NCBI GenBank assembly: GCA_963734895.1 | Contig: CAVTIN010000001.1 | Coordinates: 18,990-82,989 of the forward strand | Direction of reading: 5' to 3' | Source of the DNA: an uncultured Chloroflexia bacterium | GTDB lineage: Bacteria > Chloroflexota > Limnocylindria > Limnocylindrales > CSP1-4 | Length of the DNA stretch: 64,000 bases | Translations under genes and position numbers: made by a program | Part shown: positions 43,264-51,317 of the stretch, in pieces | Layout of the letters: the number at the start of each line of letters is the position of its first letter | Position numbering within the stretch: the first letter of the stretch is position 1 | The notes under the pieces: model-generated | Told to the model about the DNA's origin: nothing | Seen by the model: only the letters and a program-made list of their open reading frames with translations | The model's database searches: none

Positions 43264-44676
43264 CTAGAAGGTTGAGGTGAACAGGCCCTGGGGCAGGTGA
43301 ATGCCCTGGACCTCGAACTTTTCGACGAACTTGGGTCGGATGCCGGTCGGCTTGAGCCGGCCCTGGATCTTGCCCTCGACGACGCCGGTCTGCTCGAACA
43401 CGAACACGTCCTGCATGACGATGACGTCGCCCTCCATGCCCTGGACCTCGGTGATGTTGGTGATCCGGCGGGATCCATCCTTGAGGCGGGACTGGTGGAC
43501 GATGACGTCGACTGCCGAGGCGATCTGCTCGCGGATGGCGCGGACCGGGAGGTCGATGCCCGCCATGAGCACCATCGTCTCGAGGCGGGACAGCATGTCG
43601 CGCGGGCTGTTCGCGTGGCCGGTCGACATCGAGCCGTCGTGGCCGGTGTTCATGGCCTGGAGCATGTCCAGCGCCTCGCCCGAACGGCACTCGCCGACGA
43701 TGATCCGGTCGGGCCGCATGCGGAGCGCGTTGCGGACGAGCTCCCGGATCGCGATCTGGCCCTTGCCCTCGATGTTGGCCGGACGGGACTCGAGCGTCAC
43801 CACGTGCTCCTGGCGGAGCTGGAGCTCGGCGGCGTCCTCGATGGTCACGATCCGCTCGTCGTTCGGGATGAACGACGACAGGACGTTGAGCGTGGTGGTC
43901 TTGCCGGAACCGGTGCCGCCGGACACGAAGACGTTGAGGCGGGCCTCGACCGAGGCGCGCAGGAACTCGAACATGTCCGAGGTCGCGGTGCCGAAGCGGA
44001 CCAGGTCGTCCACCGTGAAGGGGGAGGCCGAGAACTTCCGGATCGTGACCACGGGACCGACCAGCGACAACGGCGGGATGATCGCGTTGACGCGGGAGCC
44101 GTCGGTGAGGCGCGCGTCGACCATCGGCGATGACTCGTCGACGCGGCGACCGATCGGGGCGATGATCCGATCGATGATCCGCATCACGTGGTCGTCGTTC
44201 TGGAACACGACGTTGGTCAGCTCGAGGCGGCCGGAGCGCTCGATGTAGACCTGGCGCGGGCCGTTGACCATGACCTCGGTGATGGACTCGTCGCGGAGCA
44301 GCGGCTCCAGGGGCCCGAGGCCGATGATCTCGTCGGTGATCTGCTCGAGCATGCGCACGCGCTCAGCACGCGTGAGCGCGAGACCTTCCTCGTCGATGAC
44401 CTTGCCGAAGATCTCCTCGATCTGCCGGCGGACCTCGACCTGGTTGGACAGGTCAAGCTTGGGGTCCAGGTCCTGGATGACGCGGTTCTGGATCCTGAAC
44501 TTGACGTCCCGGAACGACTCCCTGACCGGAGCCTGGGACATCAGCCGCGGCTGCGGCGCCGGCGTCACACCCCCAGCGTCGCCCGGACCTCCGGGCGTCG
44601 GAGCAGGGACAGTGGAACCGTCGGGCGCCCCGCTGGCGCCGGGACGGGCGCTTTCAATTCGCCTCAGGAGGGACAT
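43264..44676 (-). CDS. cpaF: Tad pilus assembly ATPase CpaF/TadA
   Basis: GGTGSGKTT, IEDAAEL, LRMRPDRIIVGE, AMNTGHDGS motifs. Confidence 0.96.
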   Translation of the reverse strand: MSLLRRIESARPGASGAPDGSTVPAPTPGGPGDAGGVTPAPQPRLMSQAPVRESFRDVKFRIQNRVIQDLDPKLDLSNQVEVRRQIEEIFGKVIDEEGLALTRAERVRMLEQITDEIIGLGPLEPLLRDESITEVMVNGPRQVYIERSGRLELTNVVFQNDDHVMRIIDRIIAPIGRRVDESSPMVDARLTDGSRVNAIIPPLSLVGPVVTIRKFSASPFTVDDLVRFGTATSDMFEFLRASVEARLNVFVSGGTGSGKTTTLNVLSSFIPNDERIVTIEDAAELQLRQEHVVTLESRPANIEGKGQIAIRELVRNALRMRPDRIIVGECRSGEALDMLQAMNTGHDGSMSTGHANSPRDMLSRLETMVLMAGIDLPVRAIREQIASAVDVIVHQSRLKDGSRRITNITEVQGMEGDVIVMQDVFVFEQTGVVEGKIQGRLKPTGIRPKFVEKFEVQGIHLPQGLFTSTF

Positions 44677-44723
44677 CGCCTACACCCCTTCGGCCGCGAG
44701 CGGCCGCTGCACATGCTGTCGCG

Positions 44724-45983
44724 TCATCGCCACGCGAACATCGACTTCTTCTGGGCGGCCTTGCTGTCGGTTTCGCCGGCCTCAGCCGGCTTGCTCCCGA
44801 CGACCGCATTGGCGAGGCGAAGGATGTCCTGGGACACCTGGGCTTCGCGATTTGACAGGAAGAACGGTACGCCCCGATTGAGGGCGTACACCACGCTGCG
44901 ACCGTCGGAGACGATCGTGTGGTCGACACGCCGGCCGATGGAGTGCTCCACGTCGGCGACGCGGATCCCCAGCGACGAGTCGGCCCGGTTGAGCACGAGC
45001 CGGATCTTGTCCGGACCGTAGCCCAGCTGCTCCGCCACCTCGAGGAAGAGGCGGATGTTCTTGATCGAGGTGATCTCGAGCGACAGCATCGTGAGGACGG
45101 TGTCGGCCAGATCGAGAATCGCGAGGGTCGTGTCGTTGAACGAGGACTGGCAGTCGACGACCACCAGGTCGTGGTCCCTGCTCAGGATCTCGACCGTCCG
45201 CTTCACGCCCGCGGGCGTGATCAGCTCCGCGGTCTCGGGCGACGGCGGGGCCAGCAGGACGCGGATGCCGGACGAGTGGTTGATCAGGTAGGTGCCCACG
45301 GTGTCCGGGTCGCCGCTCTCCATGTCCGGGACGAGGTCGGCGACCGACTTGTTCTTGGGATTGAGATTGAGCAGGACGCCCACGTCACCGAACTGGAACG
45401 AGGCATCCACGAGACAGGTGCGCTGCCCCAGCTCGGTCGCCGCGGCGACGGCCAGGTTGACCGCCAGCGTCGTGCGGCCTACCCCGCCCTTGGGCCCGAA
45501 CACCGCGATCACGCGGCCGGGCTCGCCGCTCGTTCGGCCGGCATCGGCCGCCCGCGATGCGCTCGCGCCGGCATCCTGCTGGACCGCGATCCGCGACAGC
45601 TTCTCGCGCTCCCGCGTATAGACCTGGCGGATCGAGGAGGTGAGCTCGTCGGAGGAGAACGGCTTGACCAGGAACTCCCGGGCGCCGGCCAGCATCGACC
45701 GGCGCAGGTAGTCCGCCTCGCCCTGGACCGACATCATGACGACGGACGCCGTCGGGACCTCCGCGGCGAGGCGCTCGGTGGTCGCGATGCCGTCCATGTC
45801 GGGCATGTTGATGTCCATCAGGACCACGTCCGGCGTGACCTTCGCGGCGATCTCGAGAGCTTCGCGTCCGGACGCCGCCGACCCGACGACCTCGAAATCA
45901 GCCTCGAAGCTCAGCAGCTTCGCGAGGTGATCTCGGGTCTCCGGGATGTCGTCGACGATAAGGACGCGGATCTGGTCTGCCAT
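44724..45983 (-). CDS. cpaE: Receiver domain fused to CpaE/TadZ MinD-like ATPase
   Basis: Intact REC (IVDD, LMDINMP, LVKPF) plus deviant Walker A KGGVGRTT and QFGD. Confidence 0.9.
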   Translation of the reverse strand: MADQIRVLIVDDIPETRDHLAKLLSFEADFEVVGSAASGREALEIAAKVTPDVVLMDINMPDMDGIATTERLAAEVPTASVVMMSVQGEADYLRRSMLAGAREFLVKPFSSDELTSSIRQVYTREREKLSRIAVQQDAGASASRAADAGRTSGEPGRVIAVFGPKGGVGRTTLAVNLAVAAATELGQRTCLVDASFQFGDVGVLLNLNPKNKSVADLVPDMESGDPDTVGTYLINHSSGIRVLLAPPSPETAELITPAGVKRTVEILSRDHDLVVVDCQSSFNDTTLAILDLADTVLTMLSLEITSIKNIRLFLEVAEQLGYGPDKIRLVLNRADSSLGIRVADVEHSIGRRVDHTIVSDGRSVVYALNRGVPFFLSNREAQVSQDILRLANAVVGSKPAEAGETDSKAAQKKSMFAWR

Positions 45984-46119
45984 TTCGGTGGCTGTTCGAC
46001 CTCGATGGGTTCGGTGGTTGTGGCCGTCGCCGGCGGCGACGGTGGTGCGAACGCGATGGGCCGGCTGTCACCGGCCCATCAGGTCGCGATCGCGGGTCAG
46101 CGGCCCGCGGGGAGAACGC

Positions 46120-47029
46120 CTAGGGCCGCGGTGTCGCCGTCGGGATGATGCCCTCGACCAGCTGCGGGACCAGGACTCCGTAGTCGTCCACGAGGCTCTT
46201 GAGGGTGATACCGGTGGTCGTGGCCGGAACGATCAGCGTCGGATCGAGCGGGAGCCCCGTATCCGGATCGCGGAAGTCATCCCCGCTGCGAAGCAGGAGC
46301 GAGATGTTGCCGTCGACCTCGGCGTACTTGATCACCTCGGCCTGCTGGGCGGTGACCGCGACGAGCACGATCTCCTGCTGGCCGTTGAGGTTGGTCGTGG
46401 TGGTGCTCTGGGTCGTCGTACCTGTGGTCGTGTCGGCTGGCGGTGGCGGCAGCAGCGTGCCCAGCACCTGCCCGCCCTGGACCAGCAGCTTGACGCTGGT
46501 CGCGTTGAGGCCGGAGACGACCGTGATGGACTGGTCGGTGGGGTTGAGGGTCACCACGGGGAACTTGTCGCCCGTGATCGCGACCACCATGTCGATGTAG
46601 TCGCCGGCCTTGATGACCGTGCCCACACCGGTGACCTGGTCGACCTGGATCGCGATCGCGACCCTGCCCGCCGGGACCTCGATGTTGGCGACCCCGCCGT
46701 TGGCCCCGCCGGTGGTGATGAGGGTCGTGATCGCCTGACCCGACGTGACGTTCTGCCGCGCGGTCTGGCCGATGACGAACGACAGGTCACCGAACGTTCC
46801 GACCGGGGCCGGGGCGTCAACTTCGGTGGTCGTGAGCATGTCGGCGGTGATCTTGCTGCCGAGCGGGATGTCCTGCTTCGCCACCACGATGGTGGCCTTC
46901 GTGATCGCCTCGGGAATTGTTGTCCCCGGTTGTGCCGCCGCCCCCCTGGGCGATGACGATCACGCCGACGAACGCGACGATGGCGAGGAAGATCCCGATG
47001 AGAAGGATCAACCGGTTTGAGCGCTTCAA
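46120..47029 (-). CDS. cpaB: Flp pilus assembly protein CpaB/RcpC, split by one frameshift near 46920-46950
   Basis: TM-bearing N-terminus (TTG 47029, GGAG RBS) in one frame; SAF domain VVAKQDIP and KAGDYID in the next frame. Confidence 0.85.
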
Positions 47030-47342
47030 AGGTGTTCTCCCCGAGCCGTAGTGACAGGTGGCACCACTCTAGCACCACGATTCTTGGCGACGACTAGTCG
47101 AAAGGGCTAGGACCGTTAGGAGGATTTGGGCAGAGACGCTGCGCATCGTAAGGTGCGCTGCAAGGAAGTATCGCGCCGGCGTCTCGACGATCGGGCCGCC
47201 GAGCTGCAGCTCGATGCAGACGCCCGCGGCGGGTGGATCGAGGGGTCGGTGGATCCGGATGACGCGGTCGACCGCCCGCTCGATCTCGCCGGAGACGCGG
47301 AACGGCACCGCGGTCCGCGGTGCCATGTCCCCCGGGAACACG

Positions 47343-47372
47343 ACGCCGGCTGCCCTTGCGGACAGCCGGCGT
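47343..47372 (-). terminator. Hairpin after Flp pilin
   Basis: ACGCCGGCTG/CAGCCGGCGT stem about 25 nt past the stop. Confidence 0.5.
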
Positions 47373-47396
47373 TCGATTGCTGCTTGGTGAGCCTGA

Positions 47397-47561
47397 CTAG
47401 ACGGAGTTGCCGACCGTCGACAGGATCGCCGAGACCTGGTTGCCCAGGAAGATCAGCGCGATGATCGCCACGATGGCGATGAGGGCGAGGATCAGCGCGT
47501 ACTCCGCGAGGCCCTGGCCTTCCTCGTCACGATTGAAGAGCGAGATAAGTGCATTCAGCAT
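47397..47561 (-). CDS. flp: Flp/type IVc pilin (54 aa), not in the ORF track
   Basis: MLNALISLFNRDEEGQGLAEYALILALIAIVAIIALIFLGNQVSAILSTVGNSV; G|QGLAEY motif; AAGGAGGT RBS. Confidence 0.96.
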   Translation of the reverse strand: MLNALISLFNRDEEGQGLAEYALILALIAIVAIIALIFLGNQVSAILSTVGNSV

Positions 47562-47611
47562 GATTGGGTTACCTCCTTCCCGTTAGATGTCCGCGATCGC
47601 GCGGCCTGCGC

Positions 47612-47640
47612 ACGGTATGTCGCCGCGTGCCCTGTGTCAA
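47612..47640 (-). promoter_or_regulatory. Sigma70-type promoter of the flp gene at 47561
   Basis: TTGACA-17 bp-TACCGT on the minus strand. Confidence 0.7.
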
Positions 47641-47702
47641 CCGATCCGGCCCGCTTCCGTTGCCCCGGCGCACAGCCACAACAGCACGGTTGCGGGATGC
47701 AC

Positions 47703-47731
47703 GAAGGCCGCCGGACGAGCCGGCGGCCTCC
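47703..47731 (-). terminator. Hairpin between the two flp genes
   Basis: AGGCCGCCGG/CCGGCGGCCT stem about 20 nt past the stop. Confidence 0.5.
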
Positions 47732-47751
47732 ACTGCGATCGGATCTGACGA

Positions 47752-47922
47752 CTAGACGGAGTTGCCGACCGTCGACAGGATCGATGAGACCTGGTTGCCC
47801 AGGAAGATCAGCGCGATGATCGCCACGATGGCGATGAGGGCGAGGATCAGCGCGTACTCCGCGAGGCCCTGGCCTTCGTCGTCACGCCGGATCGATGCAA
47901 GGAATGAGTTGATAAGCGCCAT
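47752..47922 (-). CDS. flp: Flp/type IVc pilin (56 aa), not in the ORF track
   Basis: MALINSFLASIRRDDEGQGLAEYALILALIAIVAIIALIFLGNQVSSILSTVGNSV; GGAGG RBS. Confidence 0.96.
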   Translation of the reverse strand: MALINSFLASIRRDDEGQGLAEYALILALIAIVAIIALIFLGNQVSSILSTVGNSV

Positions 47923-48035
47923 GCGGTGCCTCCCAAGATGAGTCCCGCCCCAAGATCAGGGCCCCCCCAACGTACGTGCTCTGGCCGCGCAAACCAATGA
48001 GACGATCGTCCTGGTACGGCGGGCCGGTCCCGGGG

Positions 48036-48200
48036 TCAGCGGCCCCCGTGCGCGACGTCTACGAGGACCCCGATCGCATCGGCCAGCGCCCCGCCGAAGA
48101 ACACGACGATGATCAGCGCGAGCGCGAGCGCGAGCGCGAGGATCAGCGCCGTCTCAACCATCCCAGGGCCGGTCTCGCCGGCGCCACGCGGCTCGATCAT
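48036..48200 (-). CDS. Divergent Flp-like pilin (54 aa), not in the ORF track
   Basis: MIEPRGAGETGPGMVETALILALALALALIIVVFFGGALADAIGVLVDVAHGGR; G|PGMVET; ATGA overlap with the upstream gene. Confidence 0.8.
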   Translation of the reverse strand: MIEPRGAGETGPGMVETALILALALALALIIVVFFGGALADAIGVLVDVAHGGR

Positions 48201-49417
48201 GCCGAGGGTACGGATTCTCCGGTGGCTGCGGGCACCACGAGCCGCAGCTCCCCGCCGCCCGACAAGAGCTCGATCGTTGCGCCGATGGTGGCGGCCCGGT
48301 CCGTGATGCCGCGACGGGTTGCCGCGGGCAGGACGACGACCGCGGCGACCTCCGCCGCCTCGGCGGCGGCCTGGCGAGCGTCGTGGCGGTCCTGGATCAT
48401 CTGCTTGATCGCGTCGGGCACGTCGCCGGTGGGCACCTCCGGCAGCGGCTCTTCGCCCTCGGGCGCGGTCGCGGCACGGTGCGTGGTGATGCGCGCCTCG
48501 AGCTCGTCGGTCCAGTCGAGCTGGACCGACATCCGGTCGGCGCCCTGCCCGAGATAGCCGGCCAGCGCCTCGTCCAGGATCCGGAAGACCGCGCTCTCGA
48601 CCTCCATCGGGAGGCGCCGGTCCGCACCCAGCGTTTCGAAATCCACCGCCACGTGTGCGCGACGGCCGCGATCGCGCGCCGCCCGCCGGAGCGTCGGCAT
48701 CAGGCCCAGGTCGTCGAGCACCATCGGCCGCACGTCGAAGATGAAGCTCTTGGTGGCCTCGATCGTCTGCTGCACCATCGATACGAGCTGCCCCAGCTCC
48801 CCCTTGGCGCGTCCCGGATCCCGGTCGAGCAGCCGCTCCACGATCTGCGCCTGGAGCACGATGTTGGTGAGCGACTGCGCAGGTCCGTCGTGCATCGCCC
48901 GGGCGATCTCCCGGCGCAGGTCCTCCTGCGCGTTGAGCACGGACCGTGAGCTCGAGGTCGCCGCCACCTCGCCGGCCGCCGCCTCGCGCTCCTGGTCGGC
49001 GGCGTCCACGCCCGCAGCCTCGGCGATGTCGGCGATCGCCGCGCGGTGGCGCGCGAGTGCCTTGCGCTTTCCCTCGAGCAGGTCGACCTGGGCCTCCATG
49101 AGGACGGCGCGACGCGTCAGCGCGACGAGCTGCGCATTGGTGTCGGCGGCGCTCCTGGGTTCAGCGCTCCTGGACACGCCGTCCTTGGACGCGCCGTCCT
49201 TGGACGCAGCCTTCTTGTCAGGCGCTGCCTTGTCCTGCTTCGCGACGCGGTCGGCGGCCTGCGCCCGCTTCTGCTCGTGCCGGGTCGCCTCCAGCCTGGC
49301 CTGCCCGATGAGCATGTCGATCTCTTCCAGCTCGTGGTCGAGCCCGGCCAGATCGGCCTCCAGTCGGGCGGCGAGCCCCTGCCGGGCGCCGAGCTGCGGA
49401 TCGGCGCCCGTGATCAG
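48197..49417 (-). CDS. DegS-like HisKA_3 protein with degenerate ATP-binding domain (pseudokinase/phosphotransferase); probable CTG start, first ATG at 49315
   Basis: Coiled-coil N-terminus, H-box MHDGPAQ, RPMVLDDLGL; N-box reads EALAGY; no DxGxG or GxGL. Confidence 0.82.
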   Translation of the reverse strand: MITGADPQLGARQGLAARLEADLAGLDHELEEIDMLIGQARLEATRHEQKRAQAADRVAKQDKAAPDKKAASKDGASKDGVSRSAEPRSAADTNAQLVALTRRAVLMEAQVDLLEGKRKALARHRAAIADIAEAAGVDAADQEREAAAGEVAATSSSRSVLNAQEDLRREIARAMHDGPAQSLTNIVLQAQIVERLLDRDPGRAKGELGQLVSMVQQTIEATKSFIFDVRPMVLDDLGLMPTLRRAARDRGRRAHVAVDFETLGADRRLPMEVESAVFRILDEALAGYLGQGADRMSVQLDWTDELEARITTHRAATAPEGEEPLPEVPTGDVPDAIKQMIQDRHDARQAAAEAAEVAAVVVLPAATRRGITDRAATIGATIELLSGGGELRLVVPAATGESVPSA

Positions 49418-50157
49418 TCCTCCGGCATCCGGATCCAGCCCTGGCGCATCGCGTACACCACGGCCTGGGTCCGGTCGTTGACGGAGAGCTTGCGGAGGAT
49501 CGAGCTCATGTGGTTCTTGACGGTCTGCTCGGAGATGGACAGCGCATAGGCCACCTGCTTGTTGGTCATGCCCTGCGCGATGTTGTCCAGGATCTCCACC
49601 TCGCGCGGCGAGAGCGGCGCGAAGATGGGCGCCGCTTCCTGGCCGTACACGGCCAGCTCGCGGAACTCCTTGAGCACCCGCGATGCGACCGCCGGCTTGC
49701 TGAACACCTTGTCGTTGATCAGGTACTCGCCGGCAACGACGCGGCGAATGACCATGACCAGGTCCTCGGGCGCGATGTCCTTGAGGATGAACGCAGCGGC
49801 GCCGGCCTTGATGGCCTCGAACAGCGCGTCCTCGTCCTCTTCGGTCGACAGCACGATGATCGCGGCGGCGGGCAGCTCCCGCTTGATCCGCTGCGTCGTC
49901 TCGATGCCACCGGGCGTGGGCAGCGAGAGATCCATCAGGATGACGTCGGGGTTGGTGGCAAATGCAGCGTCGATGGCGGTGCGCGAGTCATCCGCCTCGG
50001 CGACGATATCGAAGTCGGGCTCGCGCTCGAGGATGTTGCGGATCCCCATGCGCATCAGCGCATGGTTGTCGACGATCTCGATCTTCAACTGCTCGAACGT
50101 CTGGTTCCGGCGATCCTGCCCGCTACGGCGGCGCTCGGGCCCCTGGTACTCGGTCAT
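49414..50157 (-). CDS. NarL/DegU-family response regulator
   Basis: REC (ILMDLSLP, FILK) plus LuxR HTH LSPREVEIL...TVKNHMSSILRKL; N-terminal YQGPERRR extension. Confidence 0.95.
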   Translation of the reverse strand: MTEYQGPERRRSGQDRRNQTFEQLKIEIVDNHALMRMGIRNILEREPDFDIVAEADDSRTAIDAAFATNPDVILMDLSLPTPGGIETTQRIKRELPAAAIIVLSTEEDEDALFEAIKAGAAAFILKDIAPEDLVMVIRRVVAGEYLINDKVFSKPAVASRVLKEFRELAVYGQEAAPIFAPLSPREVEILDNIAQGMTNKQVAYALSISEQTVKNHMSSILRKLSVNDRTQAVVYAMRQGWIRMPED

Positions 50158-51317
50158 CCGCTCTCCTTTCGCGTCAACGGGATCGCCAGCCGGACCACGG
50201 TGCCTGCCTCCGGCCGCGAACGCACTTCGAACTGCGCGCCGATGAGCTCGGCCCGCTCACGCATGAACTGGAGGCCGAAGTTGCGACGACCGCGAGCCGC
50301 GACCGCCCCGACATCGAACCCGCGACCATCGTCGCGGACCTCCAGCACCCATTGTCCACCGTCCACGGCGGTGGCGACCACGACATCGGTCGCAGCCGCG
50401 TGCTTGCGGACATTCTGCAGTGCCTCCTGCACCACGCGCAGGACCACCGTCTGCGCAGCCTCGCCCAGCCCGTCCACCGGGGCATCGAGCTCGGTCGCGA
50501 TGTGCAGGCCGGACAGCGCTGCCTGCGTGGCCACCGTGTCCGCGATCGATCCGTCGAGCCCCAGCTCCGCCAGCACGGGGGGCCGCAGCTGGCCGATGAA
50601 CCCGCGCACGTCGCCCAGCTCGCGGCGCAGCAGCTCGCGCAGGAACCGGAGCTCCGTGCGGGCGAGCGGGTGATCGGAGTCGAACACCCGCTCGATGAAC
50701 TCGACCTGGAAGATCGCGTTCGACAGAACCTGGGCCGGGCCGTCGTGGACCTCCTGGGCCAGCCGCGCCCGCTCGGCCTCCTGGGCCTCCACGATGCGCA
50801 TCTGGACGTCGGTGGGCGTGCCGGGCGTGCTGTCGGACACCAGCGACGCATCGCCGCGCTCGAGGAACAGCCAGGTGCTCTCGAGGCTCTTGATCGCCAG
50901 CTCGAGCCGCGACAGCTCGGCCTCCCGACGGCCGAGCTCGGTCCGGAGCTGGCCCACCTCGCCGCGCACCATCCGCAGGCGAAGGTCGGCGGCTCCTGCC
51001 TCGGCGGCGGCAACGGCGAGCGCATCGAGCGAGACGGGAGCGCCCCGACCGCGCGATCCGTTGGAGGTGTCTGCGACGTCCGAGCCTGCATCGCCCGGCG
51101 TCTCGCGCTCGAACGACATCAGGTCGTCGCGCAGCGCCTGCCAGCGGGCAAGATCCTCGACATACGCGGTCCGGTACCGGTCGCGGACGGCGCGCAGCGT
51201 GTTGGCGCCGTACGAGAGCGCCTCGGCCGCCTCGGCCTGGAGCTCGTCGAAGCGCGTATCGGCCGGCTCGTCCATCGGACCATCCATCGGCTGGAGTGTA
51301 TCCGTGTCGCGCGTCAT
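50154..51317 (-). CDS. Cytoplasmic DegS-like sensor histidine kinase
   Basis: VHDGPAQ H-box, QEALQNVRKHA N-box, DDGRGF, FGLQFMRERA; no TM helix. Confidence 0.93.
   Translation of the reverse strand: MTRDTDTLQPMDGPMDEPADTRFDELQAEAAEALSYGANTLRAVRDRYRTAYVEDLARWQALRDDLMSFERETPGDAGSDVADTSNGSRGRGAPVSLDALAVAAAEAGAADLRLRMVRGEVGQLRTELGRREAELSRLELAIKSLESTWLFLERGDASLVSDSTPGTPTDVQMRIVEAQEAERARLAQEVHDGPAQVLSNAIFQVEFIERVFDSDHPLARTELRFLRELLRRELGDVRGFIGQLRPPVLAELGLDGSIADTVATQAALSGLHIATELDAPVDGLGEAAQTVVLRVVQEALQNVRKHAAATDVVVATAVDGGQWVLEVRDDGRGFDVGAVAARGRRNFGLQFMRERAELIGAQFEVRSRPEAGTVVRLAIPLTRKESG

Noticed and set aside
47069-47341. 90-aa ORF between flp and cpaB as a missing tad gene
   Set aside because: No RBS, TM segment or pilin motif; cannot be supported
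47030-48035. c-di-GMP riboswitch upstream of flp or cpaB
   Set aside because: No GCAAA/GAAA GEMM-type pattern found in these intergenic regions
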